Translations under genes and position numbers: made by a program
Notes under the pieces: model-generated
Told to the model about the DNA's origin: nothing
The model's database searches: none
Seen by the model: only the letters and a program-made list of their open reading frames with translations
Shown here: piece after piece, positions 1 through 7,977 of the stretch
How positions within the stretch are numbered: position 1 is the stretch's first letter
How the letters are laid out: every line of letters starts with the position of its first letter
From: a plasmid
Sequence record: NZ_CP114643.1
DNA length: 29,481 nucleotides
Strand: one strand, 5' to 3'

Positions 1-74
1 TTTTGTTAAATTTATATAGAAAATAAAGTAGATATTTACTTTTAAATAAAAGTTATGTATTATGATGAACGTAA

Positions 75-92
75 ATATCTATTTCTAAGGAG
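75..92 (+). promoter_or_regulatory. Conserved upstream element (ATATCTATTTCTAAGGAG; imperfect copy of the TAGATATCTA palindrome + AGGAG RBS) 6 nt before the PF57-like start
   Basis: Seen directly. Near-identical 18-21 bp element also at 2937..2957 (+) and 29409..29429 (-), each ending in AAGGAG just upstream of an ATG. Confidence 0.5.
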
Positions 93-98
93 CTTAAT

Positions 99-797
99 AT
101 GCAAAATACAAACCTTGAGGTTAAGGCCCATACAAAACCATTAAAGAAATATCATAGTAGATATTACAAAATAATATCAATACTTAGATACTTTCAAAAT
201 AATGCACTTAAATACAATCAAACAGCAATTTTAAATGCATTAAACACTTTTCTATTGAAAGATGGTCTTAAACAAATTACACTTAGAACTTTAAGAAAAG
301 ATTTAGCATTTCTATGCAATAAAGGCATTATTAAAAAAACTTTATTAAGACTGGGTGAAGGGAACGGAACATATATAAGATACACAGTAACTAAATACAG
401 TGTTAAAAATTTAAAAAAAATACTCAAAGCTAAAGAAGAAATTGTAGAACATGACGCAAACTCAATATACAAATTCACAAAAGAAACACAGAAAAAATAT
501 TACTTACAAAACAAGGAGATTAAAATTTTTAAACGTAAAAATGCAACCAAAAATGTCAGTCAATATATAACTAATAATAGATATATAAATAATAAAGAAA
601 AAAAAGAAAGAGAAACAAAAAATGAAGAAATAAACAATACAGATTATCTAATAAGGAATGTGTCTAAATGGAAAACAATGAGATATTTAGACAAAATAGA
701 AGAAAATGAAAACAAAAAAAGATACGAAGATAATATGCTAAAAACTAAAAAATGGTTAGAAACCTCAAATATAGAAAATAATACTTACAAGATTTAA
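99..797 (+). CDS. PF57/62-like plasmid replication/maintenance protein (first gene of the Borrelia four-gene partition cluster)
   Basis: 232-aa lysine-rich ORF with RBS AAGGAG. Position and size match the PF57/62 - PF50 - PF32 - PF49 order of Borrelia plasmids. N-terminus MQNTN is shared with the ERF-like gene at 2965. Confidence 0.5.
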   Translation: MQNTNLEVKAHTKPLKKYHSRYYKIISILRYFQNNALKYNQTAILNALNTFLLKDGLKQITLRTLRKDLAFLCNKGIIKKTLLRLGEGNGTYIRYTVTKYSVKNLKKILKAKEEIVEHDANSIYKFTKETQKKYYLQNKEIKIFKRKNATKNVSQYITNNRYINNKEKKERETKNEEINNTDYLIRNVSKWKTMRYLDKIEENENKKRYEDNMLKTKKWLETSNIENNTYKI

Positions 798-827
798 GGG
801 ATAGAAAACAAATTTTAAGGAAAAAAC

Positions 828-1400
828 ATGAAAAACTCGTTGAAAAAATTAAAGGAGAAGAAGTCAGAAATTAAGTTAAAAGAAAAAATAAAAAATACTT
901 TCTCTAAAATAGAAAAAGTAAAAACCAAAACAATGTATCACACAAAGGTATTTAATGATCTTTTTACTTTCGGAATTAGTCAAAAAGAAGAAGGCAAATT
1001 CTTTATAGCCTTAAGAGGTTTGTTTGACAATGAAAATAGAAGTACATTTCACTTGTTTAGCATTAAGGATCGTAATGACAAATTTTTGGGCATGTTTTAT
1101 GGATTTAGGAGACTCAAGAACTCAATTCTGCTCAGATATAAAGATAACATAAAACAATCTAGTGAAGTTATAACAATATATAAACCCTATTACATAGAGT
1201 TTAGATTTAAAAAAGGTAGTATCTTTTGTTATATCAAAGCAATTCATGCCTTAACTAAAAAAGAAAAATTAGAAAAAAATTATGCTCAGAATCTATTGGA
1301 AAGAATTATTACCTTAGAAAACGAGGTGTACAAATTTTATAATAAAAAAAGACCAGATGGAGGGATTATAACTAAATGGATAAAAAAAAACCAGAAATAA
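828..1400 (+). CDS. PF50-like plasmid maintenance protein
   Basis: 190-aa ORF immediately upstream of the ParA gene and overlapping it, RBS AAGGAAAAAAC. Synteny with the Borrelia PF50 position. Confidence 0.45.
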   Translation: MKNSLKKLKEKKSEIKLKEKIKNTFSKIEKVKTKTMYHTKVFNDLFTFGISQKEEGKFFIALRGLFDNENRSTFHLFSIKDRNDKFLGMFYGFRRLKNSILLRYKDNIKQSSEVITIYKPYYIEFRFKKGSIFCYIKAIHALTKKEKLEKNYAQNLLERIITLENEVYKFYNKKRPDGGIITKWIKKNQK

Positions 1401-2140
1401 TCACTATTGCATCAATTAAAGGTGGTGTTGGGAAAAGTACAAGTGCCATCATATTTGCAACTTTATTAGCAAAGAAATACAAAGTATTATTAATTGACAT
1501 TGATACACAAGCATCAACTACTAGTTATTATCATGATAAACTGATAAAAGATAATATTAATATTGTAAATATAAATATCTATAAAGTCTTAAATGAAACA
1601 TTAGATATTAACGATTCAATCGTTAATATAAGGGACAATCTGGATTTTATTCCAAGTTATATTCATTTACATAAATTTGTTAGAGAATCTATTCCTTTAA
1701 AAGAATTAAAACTAAAAGAATGCTTATTTTTTTTGAAAAAGAAATATGACTATATAATATCGGATACTAATCCTAGTTTGGATGCTACATTAGCTAATGC
1801 TTTAATATGCAGTAATTATATAATAGTACCAATGACAGCAGAGAAATGGGCAGTTGAAAGCCTAGAATTAATAGAATTTTATATGAAAGAATTAAGACTA
1901 AAACTTACAATTTTTATTCTTATAACAAGATTTAAGAAAAATAATACACATAAAGAATTACTGGAATATATACAATCTAAAAAGGGATTTTTAGGTTTTA
2001 TCCATGAAAGAGAAGATTTGAATAAACGAATATCAAAAAATGATATTTTTGATTTAAATAGAGATTATATAAGAGATTATGAAAGATCCTTGGATAACTT
2101 TCTAAATAAAAAATCAAATAGTGCGTTTAACGCACTATAA
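1376..2140 (+). CDS. ParA-type partition ATPase, Borrelia PF32 family
   Basis: N-terminus MDKKKPEIITIASIKGGVGKSTSAIIFA carries the deviant Walker A (KGGVGKST) typical of ParA/Soj and closely resembles Borrelia PF32 N-termini. Length 254 aa. Confidence 0.85.
   Translation: MDKKKPEIITIASIKGGVGKSTSAIIFATLLAKKYKVLLIDIDTQASTTSYYHDKLIKDNINIVNINIYKVLNETLDINDSIVNIRDNLDFIPSYIHLHKFVRESIPLKELKLKECLFFLKKKYDYIISDTNPSLDATLANALICSNYIIVPMTAEKWAVESLELIEFYMKELRLKLTIFILITRFKKNNTHKELLEYIQSKKGFLGFIHEREDLNKRISKNDIFDLNRDYIRDYERSLDNFLNKKSNSAFNAL
2118..2138. promoter_or_regulatory. Perfect 21-bp palindrome ATAGTGCGTT-T-AACGCACTAT (10-bp arms) covering the last codons of ParA, 13 bp upstream of the PF49-like start
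   Basis: Seen directly. GC-rich island in AT-rich DNA. Candidate centromere-like (parS-type) site, operator or hairpin attenuator. Confidence 0.5.
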
Positions 2141-2151
2141 AAGGAGCAAAA

Positions 2152-2724
2152 ATGAAAAATGTTGTTTTAAGTAGTAGAATTCTAGATACTAACGAAAATA
2201 CAAAATCATTTGAATTGAAAAATAAAAATTTGGATCGTTATAATGAATTAAAAGAAAAACTTAAACAAAATGCTAGAAAAGAAATTTATTATAAAGTAGA
2301 GAACATTAGGATTTTAAAAGAAATAAAAGATAATGAGTATTATAAATTAGATGGCCACAAAAATTTTGATAACTTTATTAAGAGTTATAGAATGGCTAAA
2401 ACTCAAGTGTATGCCTATTTAAGATTAGCAAATGCTATAGAAGAAGGAATGCTAGCAGAGCAGTATATAATTGAAAATGGTATTAATGAGTCACTTGCAA
2501 TGATAAAAAATAAGGAAAGTGTAAAAATAAAGAAGTTAAGACGAAATCCAATAAAACCGTTGAGGTTTCAACTTAAAAGCCAAGATAGTTATAATTTTTA
2601 TAAGGAGCATTCTAAATTTACAGCATTTATATTGGATACACTTTTTTCAAATGATAAGAATTATTTGGATAAATTATTCAAACAATATTCTGGTTTAAAG
2701 TTAAAAAATGATCAATTTAAATGA
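2152..2724 (+). CDS. PF49-like protein (putative ParB-analogue/BpaB-like DNA-binding partner of PF32)
   Basis: 190-aa ORF directly after ParA with RBS AAAGGAG. Fourth position of the Borrelia partition cluster. Family assignment is by synteny and size only. Confidence 0.45.
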   Translation: MKNVVLSSRILDTNENTKSFELKNKNLDRYNELKEKLKQNARKEIYYKVENIRILKEIKDNEYYKLDGHKNFDNFIKSYRMAKTQVYAYLRLANAIEEGMLAEQYIIENGINESLAMIKNKESVKIKKLRRNPIKPLRFQLKSQDSYNFYKEHSKFTAFILDTLFSNDKNYLDKLFKQYSGLKLKNDQFK

Positions 2725-2820
2725 GTAACTTGAAAAATTCTAATTATTTTGATACTATTCTGTCAGGTTGTATTGAATATTTTAATACTCCGGAAATAGT
2801 AATTTTATGAACTTTAGTAG

Positions 2821-2870
2821 GTTCTATTGATGATTCTAAATTAGAATTATGAATAGAACTTGCTTTTTTT
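2821..2870 (+). terminator. Putative rho-independent terminator downstream of the partition operon
   Basis: Imperfect 16-bp inverted repeat GTTCTATTGATGATTC / GAATTATGAATAGAAC (14/16 complementary, 7-nt loop) followed by TTGCTTTTTTT. Confidence 0.35.
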
Positions 2871-2936
2871 ATTTATATGTTTAATTTTTTTGTTAATAGC
2901 ATTGTAAATTTTTAGTTTTTGTTATACTATTTTTGT

Positions 2937-2957
2937 TAGATATCTATTTCTAAGGAG
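2937..2957 (+). promoter_or_regulatory. Conserved element TAGATATCTATTTCTAAGGAG (10-bp perfect palindrome TAGATATCTA + RBS) upstream of the ERF-like gene
   Basis: Seen directly. Same element at 29409..29429 (-) and a degenerate copy at 75..92. Preceded by GTTTTTGTTATACTATTTTTGTTA, which matches the window end plus window start. Confidence 0.5.
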
Positions 2958-2964
2958 TTTTAAT

Positions 2965-3957
2965 ATGCAAAACACAAATAATATTACAAAAACAAATATG
3001 CAAGATGTAATGAGTAACCAAGGTTTAATAATGCATGAGAAACAATCAAAGCTAGAATTTCTAAAGTCACTGCACACTTTACAAATGCAATTAAGTGGTG
3101 TAGGTAAGAACCTTACTGGCTTTGGATATAAATATCAAGATTTTAATGAAATAATAAGAGAAATCAAGCAAGTTATAAAAACCAATAATCTAGATATTGG
3201 ATTTACTCAATGCCCAACTATAAAAAATTTTGATGGTAACATAGTTAATGTTATTGAAACAACATTTTATAGTACCAAGACTGGGTATAGAGAATCATTT
3301 GATACACCAATATATACAGAAGAATTGAAATCTATAGAATGGAAAAGTAAAAATACCTTTCCTCAACTTGTAGGTTCATGCATAACCTACTTTAAACGCT
3401 ATGCACTTGTAGCTTACCTATCAATTGAGAGTGAGGTAGATACTGACGCAAATACCTTAGGGACTAGACAAGATGCAACAGAGGAACAGTCTAAGGGTGT
3501 AGAAATCCCACCTGTAGATGTGAAATCTAACAATTTGACTAATGATAAGGTAGAAAAAGACGTTAAATCTAATAATCCAGTATCTGTAAATAAAGCTAAT
3601 TCAATTAAGTTTAGTTGCTATAGGAGTCTTCTCATAGCAGCACGTAGAATGCATAAGTATTTGGTTAATAAACCATTTGATAGTATAGCGCAGATAAATG
3701 CATATTTAAATGCTATAAAGCTGGGAGATGATTCATCCTTATTAGAGTATTTTAATATGCATAAAGCCTTAAGGAATGTTAACTATTGGATAGAACTCAT
3801 AAGAGAATATATATTTAAGAATAATCATCTTATGAGAAGGTTAGATCAATTTGAGGCCTTTGTAGCCCTTATGCAACCTAAATACGAGGATAGTCCACTG
3901 AAATTATTTGGATTCTTGTCAGTAGAGAACGAGTTGAGATATTTATTTAATGCATAG
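2965..3957 (+). CDS. ERF-family single-strand annealing (recombination) protein
   Basis: Motif LSGVGKNLTGFGYKYQDFNEIIREIKQVI matches the ERF signature (FGKYKY..EDIL..V) of P22 Erf-like SSAPs. 330 aa. N-terminus MQNTNNITKTN is shared with neighbouring genes. Confidence 0.55.
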   Translation: MQNTNNITKTNMQDVMSNQGLIMHEKQSKLEFLKSLHTLQMQLSGVGKNLTGFGYKYQDFNEIIREIKQVIKTNNLDIGFTQCPTIKNFDGNIVNVIETTFYSTKTGYRESFDTPIYTEELKSIEWKSKNTFPQLVGSCITYFKRYALVAYLSIESEVDTDANTLGTRQDATEEQSKGVEIPPVDVKSNNLTNDKVEKDVKSNNPVSVNKANSIKFSCYRSLLIAARRMHKYLVNKPFDSIAQINAYLNAIKLGDDSSLLEYFNMHKALRNVNYWIELIREYIFKNNHLMRRLDQFEAFVALMQPKYEDSPLKLFGFLSVENELRYLFNA

Positions 3958-3976
3958 ATGATAATTTAACGCAACT

Positions 3977-3994
3977 AAGCCCCATTAGGGGCTT
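3977..3994. terminator. Bidirectional rho-independent terminator (AAGCCCC-ATTA-GGGGCTT) between convergent genes
   Basis: Perfect 7-bp GC-rich stem with a 4-nt loop. Flanked by A-rich sequence on the left and T-rich on the right. Lies between the + strand stop at 3957 and the - strand stop at 4000. Confidence 0.55.
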
Positions 3995-3999
3995 TAATA

Positions 4000-4362
4000 T
4001 TAATTTTTGAGTTTTGAATACCTCATGTATACAGACTGGGCAATAGGTTTAGTAATGCTGATGTAATCTTTGAGTAGCTTGATATTGAATAGTAATGAAT
4101 CAATTGTGTGATCATGTTTAAGAGTGGAAGAATCAAAGTAAGTAAATTTAGGATAGTTTGTGTCGTTAATAAACTTCTTTCTAGTTCGAGTTAAGAATAC
4201 TTGTAGGTACATGATGTAATCCGTAAGCTTAGCTTCATAAGTACTTAAGTCTTTAATAGTGTGTTTTATAGGAGGAGTTGGTTCATCCATTAGTGAGGCG
4301 ATAGTTGTGCAAGAGAATATAAATAATATAGCTAGATTGATAAATAAATAATTTTTTTTCAA
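4000..4362 (-). CDS. Small lipoprotein, last gene of the late operon (Rev-like position)
   Basis: N-terminus MKKNYLFINLAILFIFSCTT is a signal peptide plus lipobox-like Cys, typical of spirochaetal lipoproteins. 120 aa. Confidence 0.45.
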   Translation of the reverse strand: MKKNYLFINLAILFIFSCTTIASLMDEPTPPIKHTIKDLSTYEAKLTDYIMYLQVFLTRTRKKFINDTNYPKFTYFDSSTLKHDHTIDSLLFNIKLLKDYISITKPIAQSVYMRYSKLKN

Positions 4363-4363
4363 C

Positions 4364-4708
4364 TTATGACTCCTTTAATATCTTGATGTAAGTACTCATA
4401 ATTTTATTTCGCTTAGCTCTGAGTTGAGAGATGTATTTTAGATAATCATCATTATCGTAGTAATCACTTGAGTGTTCTATAATTTCGATGTTAAGGCGTA
4501 AGATTTCTTCAATCTCTGAGAGTAGTTTGATAGCTTCTTTTTGTTCCATTCTATTTATACTAGCTTCATAAAGGGAGTATACGTAATTAACTACTTTAAG
4601 GAAGATATTAGTGTAGTGAGCAGTATTTTTGTCTTGATATTTATTTTGTAAAATCTGTGTAAATTTAGTTAGGATTTCAATACCTAGTTTGGCATTACTT
4701 AAATTCAT
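4364..4708 (-). CDS. Hypothetical protein in the lysis region
   Basis: 114-aa ORF tightly coupled (4-nt overlap) to the upstream gene. Helical, charged composition. Confidence 0.3.
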   Translation of the reverse strand: MNLSNAKLGIEILTKFTQILQNKYQDKNTAHYTNIFLKVVNYVYSLYEASINRMEQKEAIKLLSEIEEILRLNIEIIEHSSDYYDNDDYLKYISQLRAKRNKIMSTYIKILKES

Positions 4709-5025
4709 TTATTCTCCTCCTCATGTGATGTAATGTACATAGGTAACCTCATGTTGTCTGGATTAGTATTAACTTGCAGTATAAATTGATTGATTTTGTT
4801 TTGAATAGGTTCTAAATCAGACTTTATTTGTGGAGTTAACGCATTATCTAGTATTTCCATATTTTTAGTGTAAATGTACGTGTATTGTGTGTAGAATTCC
4901 CTGAGAAGAGAGAATGCTTTATGAGAAGTCTCATCAAACGTACCATCCTTAAAATTAGAAAATGCATCAATTAAATTTGAGATTGCCTGTAAAGAATTCT
5001 CCAAATGTTTTCTGTCTAGTCGCAT
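4705..5025 (-). CDS. BlyB-like soluble lysis-accessory protein (positional call)
   Basis: 106-aa hydrophilic ORF immediately downstream of the holin-like gene and overlapping it, as for blyA/blyB on cp32. Confidence 0.3.
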   Translation of the reverse strand: MRLDRKHLENSLQAISNLIDAFSNFKDGTFDETSHKAFSLLREFYTQYTYIYTKNMEILDNALTPQIKSDLEPIQNKINQFILQVNTNPDNMRLPMYITSHEEENK

Positions 5026-5207
5026 GTTGTTCCTCCCTGATTATTTTTGTCTTTGTTGTTTTTTAGTTTATCTATGATGATGCTAATGATGTCTTTAAGC
5101 ACAGGTTTAAGTAGGAAACCAATTCCCAAGATTAAACCTGCAATAATTAGTAACTTATTACTATCAATTCCAAGTAAAAGTTGTATTAAGTTATTTGTGT
5201 CATTCAT
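5016..5207 (-). CDS. Holin-like small membrane protein (BlyA-like)
   Basis: 63 aa. One clear transmembrane segment LLIIAGLILGIGFLL followed by a highly charged C-terminus (KLKNNKDKNNQ). Sits at the end of the tail module, where cp32 carries blyA. Confidence 0.45.
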   Translation of the reverse strand: MNDTNNLIQLLLGIDSNKLLIIAGLILGIGFLLKPVLKDIISIIIDKLKNNKDKNNQGGTTCD

Positions 5208-5281
5208 GTGGGCTTTAACCTCTCCTTTAAAAATTTGTGTAGATATAAATATACAACAAAAACTAGTTTTTGCTACATTAT

Positions 5282-6088
5282 TTATAATTTTACCAGTACT
5301 GGTACCCTATTTCCGTTGATATATCCACGCTTTTGTATATACCATCCTCTTAGAACTGGACATAAGATATCTATATAAGCATTCCTAGCAGAGTAATAAT
5401 ATATTGTTGACTTTTGTGATTGAGAAGAATATTGGGTAGTTACTTTTTTGATGTAGTTAGAAGAGCCAGCATTAATTGTAATATCAGCATAAATATCTAA
5501 GTAAATGGGTTTGTCATCATCAGATTCATAGAAAACAAGACTTACCTCTTGAGTTGAGTACTGTGAGGTCATATCCAGTACGTAAGCTTGGCTTTTAAGA
5601 GAAGACACATAAATATATGTACTTGAAGTTCTACTCTTTGATGAGGTGAAGCCTGAAGGGATTCCCGTTAAGTACTCAGGTATTTGTGCTCGTTGTAGAG
5701 TGCTGTAACTTGATGTTACAAAGTAATTATCTTTACTTAAGCTGTAAGTTGAGAGCCCACTACCAAGTTTGTCTTTAACCTTACTATAAGTACTAGAGAT
5801 ACTACTAGAATCATCATTTAAGAATTTAGTAAGAATTTTATTATACACTTGAGTTATAAAATTATCATCTTGTAATAGTTCTGTAGCAATAGTGCTTTTG
5901 ATAATGTCTTTAAAGTAGTTAAGACCCTCACCTTTAAAAGTTTTATCTTTAGCACTCTGAAGGAAGTTCTCAAAGGTAATAGCATTACAGCTAGCAACCC
6001 CATCATCAAGTAATAATAAATCTGTATTTTTAACTGATTGTATTCTATTTAAATCTTTAATTTGAATAGAATCATCTTGTTGAGTCAT
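5282..6088 (-). CDS. Tail fibre / receptor-binding protein candidate
   Basis: 268 aa. Ser/Thr/Tyr-rich C-terminal half. Last structural gene after baseplate J/I-like genes, the position of fibre genes in Mu/P2-like modules. Confidence 0.35.
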   Translation of the reverse strand: MTQQDDSIQIKDLNRIQSVKNTDLLLLDDGVASCNAITFENFLQSAKDKTFKGEGLNYFKDIIKSTIATELLQDDNFITQVYNKILTKFLNDDSSSISSTYSKVKDKLGSGLSTYSLSKDNYFVTSSYSTLQRAQIPEYLTGIPSGFTSSKSRTSSTYIYVSSLKSQAYVLDMTSQYSTQEVSLVFYESDDDKPIYLDIYADITINAGSSNYIKKVTTQYSSQSQKSTIYYYSARNAYIDILCPVLRGWYIQKRGYINGNRVPVLVKL

Positions 6089-6100
6089 TAATTCCTCCGT

Positions 6101-6718
6101 TTAAGAATTAAAAGAAATAATTTCATTGTTATTTTGATCTTGTAGTTTTAAGATTCTACCAACAGGTATTAAACTTTTAAGAAAATTATAAATAGAGTGT
6201 GCATATCCTTTAGGTAGATAGTTAAAAATTAAGGTTTTGCATTGTATTGTATCCTGGTGTTTATAACAAATGAGTATTTTTTTATTCTTAGTATGACTAG
6301 GAGATATCTTGGCATTAAAATTGGTTTTAATAGGTCCTAGTAATTTTATATTAATAACACCATCATTAGGTACAGTGATTTGGGTATTAACATGAAGAAA
6401 AGTTTTAAACATACGTGTTAAGGATGCATCAGTGCCAATATGTTTTAAGCAGTAAATAATAGTATCAATATTGTTTGTAAGGTCTTTAACAGGTTGTTTT
6501 TCAACGTAGAAGATATTAAATATGCTAGATAGCCAAATGGCAATAAATTTGGACGTACAATGTTTACTAATAGGAATCTGAATAAAATTAGAATTTAGAC
6601 TTTTAAGTTCAAGGAGCATCACGTTAGCAAAATGTAATTCGTTTTGTATAAACTTATTAAGTTGACTATTGCTAGTAAAAGCAGTTTTATTCATATGTCT
6701 CCTAAGATTCAATATCAA
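6101..6718 (-). CDS. Baseplate protein (gpI / Mu gp48-like position)
   Basis: 205-aa ORF overlapping the upstream J-like gene. Called by synteny only. Confidence 0.3.
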   Translation of the reverse strand: MILNLRRHMNKTAFTSNSQLNKFIQNELHFANVMLLELKSLNSNFIQIPISKHCTSKFIAIWLSSIFNIFYVEKQPVKDLTNNIDTIIYCLKHIGTDASLTRMFKTFLHVNTQITVPNDGVINIKLLGPIKTNFNAKISPSHTKNKKILICYKHQDTIQCKTLIFNYLPKGYAHSIYNFLKSLIPVGRILKLQDQNNNEIISFNS

Positions 6719-7574
6719 TAATTAATCTACTCGTAGTATCAAATACAAGCAATTGTGAGGGTTCAATAGATATATCTGTATTTTCGCTAAATTCATTAAT
6801 GTCAGAAATACTTGTACTTGAATCATCTTTAGTTGCTGCAAATATTTTCATGCTTTTAATAGCTTTAATTTCATTAACAGGAGCAAAGAAGTCTTGATGC
6901 TGGAAGTGATTACCCATCCCTAAGTAATTATGTGTAATAATTCTGTTGTAAATATCCCTTATTTGTTTATCGATATTAAGGTAAGTATGATTTTTAATGT
7001 CTAGAGTATATTTAACTTTAAGATAAACATATTTTTTCTTCCCAAGAGTGACTTTGTATGATATATGTTGATTGATTTCATTTGTGCCATCAATTTCAAT
7101 GTCACCCTCAAGAGTAGTACCACTGGGAATAGATGTATAGAGAGTACTGTAAAGGCTGGCTTTAAATGTAGAGTCACTAATTTGATCTTTACCAGGATTC
7201 AGAACTGATTCATTTAAGATTAGGTATATTTTAACTTTACCAGCTTCACTTGTAAGATTAGCAAACTCAACTTTATCTAAGTTAAGTAATGCTTTTATCA
7301 TACCAGGGTGTGTGATACTATTTGAAGTTATGTGTTTTTGGATACTACCGAAGAATTCACCACCAGGTTGCATCCTCTCAAAGAATAAATTAAGTTCATT
7401 AATGATTTGCTCTTCAACAATTGAGAGTGATGTTGCAATCATATTATAAATGGAGGATGGGTCATCATTTATTACAACATTGTACATCTGCATAAGGTAC
7501 TCTCTTTTAATATCTATGATACTTTTGATATTTTGTTTTAATACACCAAAATTAGGATCAAATATAATACTCAT
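6702..7574 (-). CDS. Baseplate J-like protein (P2 gpJ / Mu gp47 position)
   Basis: 290 aa. 4-nt overlap with the upstream W-like gene. Order spike-W-J-I-fibre. Confidence 0.35.
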   Translation of the reverse strand: MSIIFDPNFGVLKQNIKSIIDIKREYLMQMYNVVINDDPSSIYNMIATSLSIVEEQIINELNLFFERMQPGGEFFGSIQKHITSNSITHPGMIKALLNLDKVEFANLTSEAGKVKIYLILNESVLNPGKDQISDSTFKASLYSTLYTSIPSGTTLEGDIEIDGTNEINQHISYKVTLGKKKYVYLKVKYTLDIKNHTYLNIDKQIRDIYNRIITHNYLGMGNHFQHQDFFAPVNEIKAIKSMKIFAATKDDSSTSISDINEFSENTDISIEPSQLLVFDTTSRLIIDIES

Positions 7575-7903
7575 GTGTTAATAACCGTTTCAAGTAAATC
7601 ACCAGGGAAGTAAAATGTAATATGCAAAGTTTTAAGTTTAAGTACAGTTTTAATTCCTGTAATATTAATTTGCAGTTGGTTAGCTATATTATAAAAATAT
7701 GATTTTATTTCATTTAGATTACCCAGTTTACATACTTTTAAAATATACAAATAATCAAGTCCCCATCCTAAAGCATAGGGTATACTGCCCTTTAGAGTGT
7801 TAATGAATATGAATAATCGTTGTTTTTGTTCCAAAATACCATCTATGATATGTAAGTCATAATTAAATATTAAATCGAAGTTGTCATTAACTTTAATGTC
7901 CAA
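7571..7903 (-). CDS. Baseplate wedge protein (gpW / gp25-like)
   Basis: 110 aa, the characteristic size for gp25/W-family proteins, placed between the spike and the J-like gene. Confidence 0.35.
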   Translation of the reverse strand: MDIKVNDNFDLIFNYDLHIIDGILEQKQRLFIFINTLKGSIPYALGWGLDYLYILKVCKLGNLNEIKSYFYNIANQLQINITGIKTVLKLKTLHITFYFPGDLLETVINT

Positions 7904-7977
7904 TCTTTACACCTTTATACATTTATATGTTTAACCTTTAACCACTAAAGTAAATATAATGCTATTATAGCAAAAAA

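Noticed and set aside
218-478. 86-aa minus-strand ORF inside the PF57-like gene
   Set aside because: Fully antisense to a better-supported coding region. Phe/Leu-rich composition typical of antisense artefacts in AT-rich DNA. No RBS.
5047-5319. 90-aa + strand ORF
   Set aside because: Antisense to the holin-like gene and the tail-fibre 3' end. Hydrophobic low-complexity translation mirrors the holin TM coding region.
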